Shown here one piece after another: positions 18,452-27,875 of a stretch of 64,000 nucleotides of DNA. Source of the stretch: a virus; IMG/VR virus record IMGVR_UViG_3300022562_001652, positions 49,816-113,815 of that record, one strand, 5' to 3'. The notes beneath the pieces were generated by a model. That model was not told where the DNA came from and did no database searches. It was given only the letters and a program-made list of their open reading frames with translations. The position numbers and the translations under genes were made by a program. Position 1 is the stretch's first letter, and each line of letters begins with the position of its first letter.

Positions 18452-20488
18452 TTACACCTCGATCACAGGAGGAACGAGAGAGGTAGTGATGAGCGCGTAG
18501 TCGATGCTCTCCGTCGGAGATATCGTGACTCCTACCGCCAGCGCACCACCGGAGAAGGACGCCGTCACGTTCCTCCATGCGTTGAGGGTGGTCCCGTCGC
18601 GAACGCTGTCCGTGATGGCCTTGTTGTCTCGGTACTGGTTACCGACGGTGTTTACCACCCCGGGCACAGAATTGATCTTCGACAGGTCGCTACCACGACC
18701 CACGAAACGTTCCTCGATCGCCCTGCGCATGTCATAGGAGAAGTGCTTCCAGATCTGGACGACGGTCTCCTGGATGAAAGCGTCGTTGTCGCTAGCGGTA
18801 TACGTCGTCACGACCTTGTCGTTCACGTACGTGACGCCGCGATCGCGATTCACACCACAGACCGTCACTCCGTTCAGGGTGAGATCTCCGACGTGGCCGT
18901 CGTCCTCATTCGACCACGAAGCATCCTGACGTACGCCGAAGCAGTTCACCCGCTTCTTCGTGATCGGCTCTCCTAGAGGAGCTCCTCCGCGCATGCCGGC
19001 GAGAGCGCACGCGTAGGACCACGCCGGCAACCACTCGATAGAGGAGGTCGCCACTTTCAAGAGAAGAAGCTCCTGCCCCGTCACAACCACGTGCGCGCTG
19101 TTCATGGACTGCGCCAACGTGATGAGCTCGTCCTTCGTCCTCTTGGTGCCGATCCATCCCTGGCACTCCGATCGCCCCGCCGTAGAGCTTCGCGTCCGCA
19201 TGGAAGCGGCCAGAGCAGCGGCGATCGAATCGAAGGTAAACGTGCCCTGCGATGCCGTAGCATCGTCGGATACGAGAGCGACGAGCTGGTTGATCCGCGT
19301 AGTCTGCAGAGCGGCGAAGGCGTTGACCCAATCGGCGTTCGTAGAGGTTCCCCGAGTACCGCCGGAAAACCCTGTCTCCGAGAAGATCGCGATCGGACCA
19401 ACTGCCCCCTTCGTGTAGGAGTCGGTATCGTCGACCACCACCGAGCTCTGCTGGTTCACCCAGTCGAGCAGGTCGAAGTTCGTCGCGTACACGTAATACG
19501 AACCCGTCGTCCACGCGATGGATCCGTCGTTGCCGTCAGGCTGTACAGCGGTCGCGTTGTAGATGTCCACGCTGGTAGCATTGTTGTAGGCCGCGATCTT
19601 GAACGTGCCGTTGTTCCCAGCACTGGCCGCACCGGAAATCGTGAGGTACTGGCCAACGTCTGTGGCGAGCATGCCTGTCAGACCAGTGAGCCGCAGCTGA
19701 CCGGCGGCTGCGCCTGCACCCGTGCTCGCAGCCGCTCCGCTTCGGGCAATGATGGGCACAGCAGCTAGAGCATCAAGATACGTCGGATCGAAGCTCCCGA
19801 CGTTCGTGATGAGTGCTGTGCACGTGTACGCAGCCAGAGAATTGATGTACGCGACGATCTCGAGAAGGCTACGGTAGTCGGCGAACGTAATGCTCAGGTT
19901 CTCACCACCAGGACCCCCTGTGACCGACGTCGTCAGCTGCGTCGCGGAGATCGTAAGGCTGCAGGCGGATCCTGCCCCCACGTAGGCGATCGTAAGCTTG
20001 GCATTCTCTCCCAGGCTGGGGGAAACCTCCGTGGTCTGGTTCCCTTGTGGATCGATGGCCTGGATGGTTAGAACACGACCGATCGTGGTGGTGCCCTCTG
20101 CAAGAGCCATCGTGATCGAGTTGGCCTGTAGACCATAGATCTGGCTCTTGAACGTGTGAGGACTCTTAACCAGGCTCGACTGCGTCGAGTTGTTGATCTT
20201 GTAGACGATGATCTTCTGAGCCCCAGCAGGAACACGTTCGTCGTTCGCTGGGTTAGCAACGATGTTAGCTGCCTCCACGATATCGCCTGAGCCGAACACG
20301 CTCTGAACGGCCTTGGCTCCTCCGATGAAGGCCATGATCGTCCGGGGAGGGCCGTAGTCGGCCTCCCCTACGAGAGCGACGATCCCGTTTCCACCGAGCT
20401 GAACATCCTCATACTGCGAGGCGTCGATCTTCGTCGCGGCTCCAGGGCGGATGATGACCGAGCCGTTGAAAACTACGAACCGCGCCAT
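18452..20488 (-). CDS. Tail sheath protein
   Basis: 678 aa; 'IRPGA', 'ALVGEA..GPP', 'FSGGT.G', 'FVG' and terminal 'ISP.ESIDYA.I' sheath motifs. Confidence 0.9.
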   Translation of the reverse strand: MARFVVFNGSVIIRPGAATKIDASQYEDVQLGGNGIVALVGEADYGPPRTIMAFIGGAKAVQSVFGSGDIVEAANIVANPANDERVPAGAQKIIVYKINNSTQSSLVKSPHTFKSQIYGLQANSITMALAEGTTTIGRVLTIQAIDPQGNQTTEVSPSLGENAKLTIAYVGAGSACSLTISATQLTTSVTGGPGGENLSITFADYRSLLEIVAYINSLAAYTCTALITNVGSFDPTYLDALAAVPIIARSGAAASTGAGAAAGQLRLTGLTGMLATDVGQYLTISGAASAGNNGTFKIAAYNNATSVDIYNATAVQPDGNDGSIAWTTGSYYVYATNFDLLDWVNQQSSVVVDDTDSYTKGAVGPIAIFSETGFSGGTRGTSTNADWVNAFAALQTTRINQLVALVSDDATASQGTFTFDSIAAALAASMRTRSSTAGRSECQGWIGTKRTKDELITLAQSMNSAHVVVTGQELLLLKVATSSIEWLPAWSYACALAGMRGGAPLGEPITKKRVNCFGVRQDASWSNEDDGHVGDLTLNGVTVCGVNRDRGVTYVNDKVVTTYTASDNDAFIQETVVQIWKHFSYDMRRAIEERFVGRGSDLSKINSVPGVVNTVGNQYRDNKAITDSVRDGTTLNAWRNVTASFSGGALAVGVTISPTESIDYALITTSLVPPVIEV

Positions 20489-20504
20489 GTCAAAGCCTCC
20501 TCAG

Positions 20505-20738
20505 CTAGAACTTCTCGAAGAGCAACGCCCAATCAAGAGGCGTCGCCTTCCGCACCTTCGTGAAGGCCTTCATCGCGGCCTGCCTCGCAGGATCGCGAAT
20601 TCCCTCCAACTTGAAGAACACTTCGATCGGAACAGCCTTCGGGTCGTCGTACTTCTTCTGCAGCTCAGTCCTGGCAGCGATCTCCGCTGCAGAGAGCGTA
20701 GGTACGAAGGCCTGTCCTCTGTAAATCTTGGCTCCCAT
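20505..20738 (-). CDS. Small hypothetical protein upstream of the sheath
   Basis: 77 aa, co-oriented with the structural operon. Confidence 0.55.
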   Translation of the reverse strand: MGAKIYRGQAFVPTLSAAEIAARTELQKKYDDPKAVPIEVFFKLEGIRDPARQAAMKAFTKVRKATPLDWALLFEKF

Positions 20739-20761
20739 CGTCGTGCTCGTAAGTATACACC

Positions 20762-21520
20762 CTATCCCTGTTCACCCGGAACCGGGGTCTCTTGGTACTC
20801 TCCATCCTTCAACGCGTCCACCAACAAGCCGAGGCCGAAGTTGACGCTCTTCACGACAGGGGAGTCGTCCGCCGGATCGTTCCACTCGAACACGGTCATG
20901 TATGTGAGATCGATCTCTTTGTAGAAACCGAACGTAGGGAACTTGGACGTGTCCAGCTTCAAGTCACGACTCGAGATCGAGAGGTTGTGGACGTCGTAGA
21001 ACTCCGTCAACTGATGCTTGTTGACGAAGAAGATGATCTTCACGATGTGGTGTAGGTACATCGTGAGATCCGCATCCGTTGTTCCCACGACGACCTTCGT
21101 CACGCAGCGCATCCCGACCCCCCGTTGGACACGCTCCATCACCACAGGACCCTCAGGGGTCTTGATCCGCATCACCCCCAGCCGGTCACCAAGGAAGGTG
21201 AATTTCCCATCCTCCGCCTCTCCTTGGTTGATAACACAGACGATCGGAAGCGCCTCGTCCGTGCTCGGCCAGTTCACCTGCGCTTTGAGGTTGGGGTGGT
21301 CTCGAAAAAAGGACTTGATCCGCCGAATCTCTTCTTCTGGCAAGTTAGCAAACAGATCGTCGATGACACCAAAAGGTTCGTCGATGTTAGAGCGGATGAG
21401 CTTGAGGTTGTACCCTACGAGCTGCCTAAAAGCGTACTCAGGGATACGCGCTCCAAAAGGCGTGTTCTCAGATCGCGTGTAGTTCTGCCCAGGATCGAGC
21501 AGATCGTCTTGATCGATCAT
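20762..21520 (-). CDS. Tail completion/terminator-like neck protein
   Basis: 252 aa; position before the sheath; 'P......P.V.V....E.E....LGD' pattern. Confidence 0.55.
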   Translation of the reverse strand: MIDQDDLLDPGQNYTRSENTPFGARIPEYAFRQLVGYNLKLIRSNIDEPFGVIDDLFANLPEEEIRRIKSFFRDHPNLKAQVNWPSTDEALPIVCVINQGEAEDGKFTFLGDRLGVMRIKTPEGPVVMERVQRGVGMRCVTKVVVGTTDADLTMYLHHIVKIIFFVNKHQLTEFYDVHNLSISSRDLKLDTSKFPTFGFYKEIDLTYMTVFEWNDPADDSPVVKSVNFGLGLLVDALKDGEYQETPVPGEQG

Positions 21521-22158
21521 CCGCCACCCTTTTTCAACTCATCGTCGAAGCTAGGACGGATCCCATCCGCCACTTTGGAAAGACGGGCGCGCATCTGCTC
21601 GTCCTCATCGTCCGGATTTCCGGGAATGATCCCCTTGCCGGGACCAAACCGCGTGCCGAATTGCCTAGGAGCAGACTGCTTCCCTGCCCCACCGAACCCA
21701 GGATGGATCCACGACCATATAGGGCTCCTAAGAGAAACCCTACGAAACAAGATAGGGCCGGACCCACGCTTGGGGTTCACAACGAAGCCAGGAGTACTCC
21801 AGGCCGCAAGGAGAGAGATCGTCTCCGGTTTATTTGCCAACCGGGACATGTTGACGGGCACGTCGACGTATGGCTCTCCCTTGTGCTTGCCCTTCTTCAC
21901 GTGCTTCTTGGTTTTCGCCAAAAGGCCAGGTTTGATGTCCCAAGGCGCCGCACCCCGTGTGATCGCTTGCGAGAGTCTCACGTTGAAGCCGAAGAACTCC
22001 TCTCCACGATCAGTGCTCTCTACACGTACTTCTGGAGTGTTTTGGACGGCAGCTTGTGCCTCCCGTCTCTTTTCGTCGATGACATGGCGTGCAACCTTTC
22101 GCACGCGAGCCAGGATGCGTGCTCCGAGCTGTTCTACTACTGAAAACAGGATCTTCAC
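21517..22158 (-). CDS. Neck/tail-completion protein
   Basis: 213 aa, basic; 'GAAPWDIKPGLL', 'YVDVP', 'SWIHPG' motifs. Confidence 0.55.
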   Translation of the reverse strand: MKILFSVVEQLGARILARVRKVARHVIDEKRREAQAAVQNTPEVRVESTDRGEEFFGFNVRLSQAITRGAAPWDIKPGLLAKTKKHVKKGKHKGEPYVDVPVNMSRLANKPETISLLAAWSTPGFVVNPKRGSGPILFRRVSLRSPIWSWIHPGFGGAGKQSAPRQFGTRFGPGKGIIPGNPDDEDEQMRARLSKVADGIRPSFDDELKKGGG

Positions 22159-22958
22159 CGTCTCAACTCGAAGGGGTCCGCGTCGTTCTGATCCGCGACA
22201 TCGCGGCTTTCATCACGAACCATGAAGTCGAGCTTCGCCACCGCTTGCACCGGGAAAGAGCGAACCGACCCACCGCTACTCCCATCAGGGGCCTCCCGAT
22301 GCTGATGCAGCAGATCTTGGACCACGTATCGTGGCCTGTACTGGTAGGAGATCTCGTAATAGGAACCGGCATCGGGTGCCGATGCCCCCCAAGAAACTTG
22401 GTTACCTACGATCGTTGCGTTGCTCGAATTTATGAGACCCCCTTCCAGCTCCACGAGCCCCCCTGCTCTGTCTACCCAAGAAACATGATCTACCTGTAGG
22501 ACGTCGTACTTGACTGCGTCCACGCCTCCTGAAGGCTGCCTGCGTATGATCTCAGAGGAACGGGCAGTACCGTTCCTCAGTGTGATCCGGTCCCACCAGC
22601 TGATGCGGTATTCAGGTCGCGCGGTAACCAGAACAGAGCCGGCGTCCCATCGTCCCTGCGCATAGAACTGTTGACTCAGGCGTACAGCCTGAACCAGCAT
22701 CTCTGTGTCCCGAGCTCCGTAGTAGATAAAGCCTTTGCCATCACAGAAGGAGCAGTTCACGTGATGCCGTTCCGGAGCAACACCATCCAATGGGCGATTC
22801 GGACACATGGCCGCCTTCTCCCACGTAACACAGTAGCCGTGGTCTCGAAGGAGAGCATCGAATTCTCCACGATCGAATAGAGCAGGAGAGGTGGGAAGGG
22901 AACCGCCTTCACGAACGACGAACCCCTCTCGAACCACGAGTGAGGATCGGAGCGTCAT
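22155..22958 (-). CDS. Head closure/neck protein
   Basis: 267 aa; 'G..V.WEKA..CP....C..C.G.GFIY' motif seen in large-myovirus neck proteins. Confidence 0.6.
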   Translation of the reverse strand: MTLRSSLVVREGFVVREGGSLPTSPALFDRGEFDALLRDHGYCVTWEKAAMCPNRPLDGVAPERHHVNCSFCDGKGFIYYGARDTEMLVQAVRLSQQFYAQGRWDAGSVLVTARPEYRISWWDRITLRNGTARSSEIIRRQPSGGVDAVKYDVLQVDHVSWVDRAGGLVELEGGLINSSNATIVGNQVSWGASAPDAGSYYEISYQYRPRYVVQDLLHQHREAPDGSSGGSVRSFPVQAVAKLDFMVRDESRDVADQNDADPFELRR

Positions 22959-23725
22959 GCTGCAGTTACCCTAACCCCGAAGTACGTGCTGCGAATCTGA
23001 CTAATGATCCCTGTTCCAGGAACTCCAGGCGTGCCAAACACGTCGGCTCGGTACTGGTTGATCCGAGCCTGGAAAGCAGGCACCAGGTAGCCACGAGACT
23101 GAGAGAGGCCGTCCACAGACAGTGATTGAGAACCAACCCCTAAGGGATTGATCAGATCCGATACGATCGACAAGATTTCGATCGACGCGATTTTACAGAT
23201 CGCGTCGACGATGATTCGTGGGATCTCGTTAGGGTTAAAACCACTCCTGTAGTCGACTTCCCAAAGATGAGGCAGGTAATCAGAAAACCAGATCAACGGG
23301 TAGAAACCGCCACGACCCACGACGATCTGTGCAACGGTTCCCCCGATCGGAACCAGGTTCAGCATCCCCTGCTCAATCTCGAGACGAACCCACTCGGTGG
23401 GAAAGATCTGAACCATGGCTCCATCGGGAAACACCGCCCGAACCTCAGACACGGACGTGCACGGCACCCTGAACAACTGCATGAAGGCGTAGTTCAGGTA
23501 GTCGAGAGCATGGTAGTCGTGCCTCTCGCCAACAGTGTCACGTTCAAGGACGTCGATCCCCGTCTCCTTCTCCAGAAGGTTCAAGGCATTACGGAGCTTC
23601 TCCTCGAAGAACTCGACGGGGAAAGGCTGCTTCTGACCGTTGAAGAGCTGAAAACCGGTAAGGTAGTTCGCCTGAAGGTAATCGGCGTCAACTTCGGAGA
23701 GCTTCTTGAACTCGGAGTAATCCAC
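22955..23725 (-). CDS. Head-tail adaptor
   Basis: 256 aa; 'ERHDY', 'V.Y.SGF', 'SQSLSVDGLSQS' motifs; follows the capsid gene. Confidence 0.65.
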   Translation of the reverse strand: MDYSEFKKLSEVDADYLQANYLTGFQLFNGQKQPFPVEFFEEKLRNALNLLEKETGIDVLERDTVGERHDYHALDYLNYAFMQLFRVPCTSVSEVRAVFPDGAMVQIFPTEWVRLEIEQGMLNLVPIGGTVAQIVVGRGGFYPLIWFSDYLPHLWEVDYRSGFNPNEIPRIIVDAICKIASIEILSIVSDLINPLGVGSQSLSVDGLSQSRGYLVPAFQARINQYRADVFGTPGVPGTGIISQIRSTYFGVRVTAA

Positions 23726-23743
23726 GAAGACCTCCGAAGACGA

Positions 23744-24004
23744 CTAGCCCTTCTCCTTCTTAGGAGCCTTCTTCTCGTCCGCCTTCTTCTCGCCTACGTC
23801 ATCCAAGACCTCAGCGAACCATCCGACGGACTTGTAGCGCGGAAGATCTTCGGCCACAGCGTCGACCTCCGCGTTTCCATGCTTGTCGAAGTCGACGCGG
23901 CCGATACTGGTCCCTACAGCAGGACTCTTGCCCGCGAGGGCGGCGCAGAATAGACGTACCTTCATTTTACGACCTACCTCTCCAGGGACACGATAGGGAC
24001 TCAT
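23744..24004 (-). CDS. Small hypothetical head-associated protein
   Basis: 86 aa (start may be internal), immediately after the major capsid gene. Confidence 0.5.
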   Translation of the reverse strand: MSPYRVPGEVGRKMKVRLFCAALAGKSPAVGTSIGRVDFDKHGNAEVDAVAEDLPRYKSVGWFAEVLDDVGEKKADEKKAPKKEKG

Positions 24005-24023
24005 CAGTTCCCTATTTTTTTCC

Positions 24024-25454
24024 TCAATCGTCGTTCACGTTATCGAAGATCACGTACTTCTGAGGAGCACGAGCGATCGGAGCGATGTACATGCCCTGCG
24101 CCCAACGCATCGACAGCGCCTGCGTCCCGAACGGGATCTTGAACATCGGCGCGAGCTGAATGAGGCCAACACACTCCTCGTTCATCTGGAACATGAACGC
24201 GCGCGACTTCCCAGGAAGGAACCTGTTGACGTCGTACGCCGTAGTCGTAGCCGCACCAGGAACGCGAGGCACGCTCATGATGAGCTTCTCGGTCCCGGCC
24301 GCTCCTCCTACCGCACTACGGTAGATGTCGTAACACGTTGCCGTGTCACCACCACCACCATCCGTAATGACGAGGTTCACGCGATCGCCAGAGGCCGTCA
24401 CAGCGACACCACCAGCCTCCTGCACGCCAGCCGAGGAACCGAAGCGGTTTCGCGCGGCGACCTTGTACTGATACGTGCCGATGTCCGACGTCGCGAACAG
24501 TGTTCCCTGTGCCGCAGTGATACTGCCCACGACCGACACGATCGACGACGGAGCCCGAACAGCCGTAGCAGAAGCAGGGGCGAACTGCGATCCTCTGTCT
24601 TTCCCAGGCCGCAGAAAGATCGACTTCTTCAGGTTCACTTCGTTCGACTGCAGCTGGACGGCACGAAGAGCCATGCCGATCACGCCGGCTTGTGGTGCAG
24701 GCAGAACGATCCGCTCCTTGGTGTGCTGCTGCTTCCCGAGATCCGAGAGAGCGCGCATCGACAGGTACAGATCAGTGGCTTCTCCGTATGCCTCTTCGAT
24801 GATGTTAGCCCCCTCCTCGAGCTTGTCGTAGGAGAGGGGGCCGCCACGAAGATCGAGGATGTTCGAAGCCCCGAACACCGAATCCTCACGCAGCAGTCGA
24901 TCGTACCCGTCGTACTCCTCCGGCACGCAGTCCGAGCGACCGTTGTACATGGCCTTCTCCGCCATCTTCATCAGCCACAGAGCTCCGTTGGCCGTGTACA
25001 TGGCGATGACGTCACCGTGCGCCGAACGCACGAGAGAAGTCGGGTGGTCGACTTCTCGCTGCGTTGCCAGGTACTTGACAGGGACGAACTTGCGAACGAA
25101 AGACGACTCCTGCACCTGCGGCGCTTCACCCGCACGAACGAAGGCTCCGTTCTCGACGCCGTACGAGGTCTGCTGATTAAACTCGTGGACCGTTGAGTAC
25201 GTCGGTGCCTTGGGAACGTCATGAAAGAGCACGATGTGACGAGCTCGATACGTGAGGACGCGGAGCGTCGCCTCGAGCGACTCCACACGCAACGCGCCGG
25301 AACCCGAAACACGCGGACTCTGGTAGTTGGCCGCAAGAGCCTTCTTGAACTCCTCGATCGGCATCTTCTCGAGAGGACCCTGCCGACCAGCAAAGCCTCC
25401 GTAGAACCCGCCTCCAAGACCTTCGTAGTCACGAAGAGAGATATCGCCGTACAT
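24024..25454 (-). CDS. Major capsid protein (HK97 fold, Herelleviridae-like precursor with an Ig/FN3-like insertion)
   Basis: 476 aa; 'KAL...GSGALRVESLE.TL..LT' and 'STVHEF' motifs; AAGGAG RBS. Confidence 0.9.
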   Translation of the reverse strand: MYGDISLRDYEGLGGGFYGGFAGRQGPLEKMPIEEFKKALAANYQSPRVSGSGALRVESLEATLRVLTYRARHIVLFHDVPKAPTYSTVHEFNQQTSYGVENGAFVRAGEAPQVQESSFVRKFVPVKYLATQREVDHPTSLVRSAHGDVIAMYTANGALWLMKMAEKAMYNGRSDCVPEEYDGYDRLLREDSVFGASNILDLRGGPLSYDKLEEGANIIEEAYGEATDLYLSMRALSDLGKQQHTKERIVLPAPQAGVIGMALRAVQLQSNEVNLKKSIFLRPGKDRGSQFAPASATAVRAPSSIVSVVGSITAAQGTLFATSDIGTYQYKVAARNRFGSSAGVQEAGGVAVTASGDRVNLVITDGGGGDTATCYDIYRSAVGGAAGTEKLIMSVPRVPGAATTTAYDVNRFLPGKSRAFMFQMNEECVGLIQLAPMFKIPFGTQALSMRWAQGMYIAPIARAPQKYVIFDNVNDD

Positions 25455-25469
25455 TCTTTGCTCCTTTCC

Positions 25470-26369
25470 CTACTCCGCCGAACGAAGGTCCCGGACGATC
25501 TCCGAAACCAGATTGCTGGGCAGCGCCCGGGGGTTGTACCGATTGGCCTCGAAGATCATCACCACGTCTTCAAGTGACTTCCTCAGCTTGCCCTCTGGCG
25601 TGGTATCCACCTTCTGGTAGAGCCAGCCCTTGATGAGGTCGGAAGGAACCTCGTCGAGAGGGTGTCCGGTGAACAGGAGACTGTTCTGCTCCGTCTCCTC
25701 GTGAGGATCGACGATGTCGCCTTTCTCCAAGACCATGGGACGATTGCCATAGTCGACGGGACTGTTGAGTGCCTTCTGGACTCCGTTCCCTATCTTGGAT
25801 AGGCGATCTTTGATAGTCGCGAGGCTACGAGCGATCGAAGCCATCTCCTCAGAGAGGACTACGAAACCCTTCGCGAGCTTCTTGTTGAACTCGGACTGCT
25901 CAGCGCGCACCGCAGTTCCGTGGCTGACAAGAGCTTTCGCCAGACCATTGAACTCCGCTTCGAAGTGTTCGCTGATAAGCGTGACGAAGGAATCGAGGAA
26001 GTCGCTTGCGTTGAACGCCTTGCGCATCTCGCCGTCGCGCTCCGCACGCTCGCGAAGTGACTTCCGGGTGTCGCTGTCGTCGTCGTCGTCATCGTCGTCA
26101 TCATCTGAACCATCGTCCGACGACGTGTTGTCTGAGTCGTCGTCTTCATCAGACGCCGACATCATCTTGGCCACGTGCTCGCCAGAGCGGCCCGCCTTAC
26201 CTGAAAGAGGAGTCCCCACCTTGGGAAGACCTCCTTCGGGATCTTGTGCAAGGACAGGATCACTCTTCTCGACGACAGCATCTTGAAGCTCGTCGAGCGC
26301 CTTGAGAAGACTCTCTTCCGAGACGATCTCCTCTTCTGCCTTCTTGATCTGCTTGGTCTTCGTCGCCAT
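25470..26369 (-). CDS. Capsid scaffold protein
   Basis: 299 aa; acidic poly-Asp tract, coiled coil, ~10 K|A/S/G motifs; lies upstream of the capsid gene. Confidence 0.7.
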   Translation of the reverse strand: MATKTKQIKKAEEEIVSEESLLKALDELQDAVVEKSDPVLAQDPEGGLPKVGTPLSGKAGRSGEHVAKMMSASDEDDDSDNTSSDDGSDDDDDDDDDDSDTRKSLRERAERDGEMRKAFNASDFLDSFVTLISEHFEAEFNGLAKALVSHGTAVRAEQSEFNKKLAKGFVVLSEEMASIARSLATIKDRLSKIGNGVQKALNSPVDYGNRPMVLEKGDIVDPHEETEQNSLLFTGHPLDEVPSDLIKGWLYQKVDTTPEGKLRKSLEDVVMIFEANRYNPRALPSNLVSEIVRDLRSAE

Positions 26370-26381
26370 GTGCCGCTCCTC

Positions 26382-26738
26382 TCAGGCGTACGCCCCCAGG
26401 AGCCCACCCACGGCGGTCACGCCAGTGATCGTGTAGACCAGAACTCCGTTGAGAGTGACCGTGATCGCGTTCGAGACCACCGAGCCGAGGATCAGGACAT
26501 CCCCAGGCTGAAGAACGAGGCCGTCAAACGTGAGATCGGTCGGACCCGCAGCGTCGTTGAACGCCGCATAGACGGTCGCGTACGCGACCTGGCGACGCGC
26601 GTCGAACGTCGTCACGGGGGAGACACCGCTGGACGCGTTTGTCGGCGACGGCGCCGTCACGTTGTCCGGAACGGTGAAGGTCTCGCCCTGAACCACCTTG
26701 AATCGCGTCGTGCCGCTGAAGTTGATTCCCGGATTCAT
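26382..26738 (-). CDS. Small beta-rich head protein (decoration-like)
   Basis: 118 aa with GGAG RBS in the head module. Confidence 0.45.
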   Translation of the reverse strand: MNPGINFSGTTRFKVVQGETFTVPDNVTAPSPTNASSGVSPVTTFDARRQVAYATVYAAFNDAAGPTDLTFDGLVLQPGDVLILGSVVSNAITVTLNGVLVYTITGVTAVGGLLGAYA

Positions 26739-26763
26739 CCTCTACTCCTTGTTGCCGCCGTCC

Positions 26764-27072
26764 CTAGTACAGAGACGCCGCGTTGCCCTCGAGAACGACG
26801 AAGGTGACATTGCGGGCCACCGTATCGGCGATCAAGTTGCCGAAAGCAGCATCCTGCTTGGCGATCGTGATGACGAAGGTGCCCGGAACGGTTCCATAGT
26901 CCCACGCGGGCTCAAAGCCATTCGCGATCGCGGTAAGACCGCCTTTCGCGAGCAGGGAGACGACTAGAAAGTTGTTGTGTCGGATGCCCAGATCTACCGT
27001 GAGAGTCCCGGTAACCGACACAGTTCCTTGGTGAAACTGTGGGAAATTCGGGTGTCGATAGTACGGGACCAT
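26764..27072 (-). CDS. Small beta-rich head protein (decoration-like)
   Basis: 102 aa with GAGGAGG RBS in the head module. Confidence 0.45.
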   Translation of the reverse strand: MVPYYRHPNFPQFHQGTVSVTGTLTVDLGIRHNNFLVVSLLAKGGLTAIANGFEPAWDYGTVPGTFVITIAKQDAAFGNLIADTVARNVTFVVLEGNAASLY

Positions 27073-27075
27073 TGT

Positions 27076-27837
27076 TCATCCTCCTCGGGCACGATGTACG
27101 ACGAAGCGGGCTGCCCTCTGCGTGGCCTTCTCCGTCAAGTGGGGCCACCTGTGCTTCACCAAGCGCATCGCGTGCTGAAACGCAGGACCGCTGGTCAACA
27201 AGGTCGGCGATGATTCGAGCTCTTCAGGGCGAAGAACACCTGGACCACCCGCAGCCGGGCTGGTCGTAGTAACTGACAAGGCCTTATCGGCGGCGTCGCT
27301 CACAGCAGATGGATCAGCGAAGGCCTTGGTAAGAACAGACCAAGAGCAACTCGTGTTCACAGGCATGCGTGTGATGGCGACATCGCGGACTTTGGCACGG
27401 AGGATCTTGTTGTACCCGTCTCTCTCGACCACCTTCCCTTCGATCGAGAAACCGAGTTTGCGAGGAGCTTGCATGCGTGCGAGGCTCTTGGCAAGCTCCC
27501 AGATCCGATCAGAAGGCGGATACCCAGGAATCAGATTCCCCTCCACCCACCAACGTCCTTTTTCCAACCGTGCGTCCGTCGGGTATCCGAGAGCAGCGGA
27601 CGTCTCTTGCCGATGGTTATCGTTGAACCACCCCCAAGAAACGAACTCAGAGAAATCCAACCCCTTTTGGACGACGATCTCCCCCTGTCGATCGAGATCT
27701 TCCGTCGAGGCAAAACCACCGATTGATCGACTCACTTCTACGTCGTCACCCGCCTTCTCCAGGATCTGGAAAACCCCGGGCACAAAGACGTTGAAGACGT
27801 CTTTGTCGGCTTGTTCAGAAGTTGTCTCTTCCAGCAT
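27076..27837 (-). CDS. Prohead (maturation) serine protease
   Basis: Probable start ATG 27837; 'IGGFASTEDLDRQGE', 'NDNH', 'LGFSIEG', 'VAIT.MPVN' HK97-type protease motifs. Confidence 0.9.
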   Translation of the reverse strand: MLEETTSEQADKDVFNVFVPGVFQILEKAGDDVEVSRSIGGFASTEDLDRQGEIVVQKGLDFSEFVSWGWFNDNHRQETSAALGYPTDARLEKGRWWVEGNLIPGYPPSDRIWELAKSLARMQAPRKLGFSIEGKVVERDGYNKILRAKVRDVAITRMPVNTSCSWSVLTKAFADPSAVSDAADKALSVTTTSPAAGGPGVLRPEELESSPTLLTSGPAFQHAMRLVKHRWPHLTEKATQRAARFVVHRARGG

Positions 27838-27875
27838 GTGTTCCTCGGCAGCCGCCACTCTGTAAGTAGATACTA

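Noticed and set aside
26075-26150. GAC/GAT microsatellite-like run
   Set aside because: Encodes the poly-Asp tract of the scaffold protein
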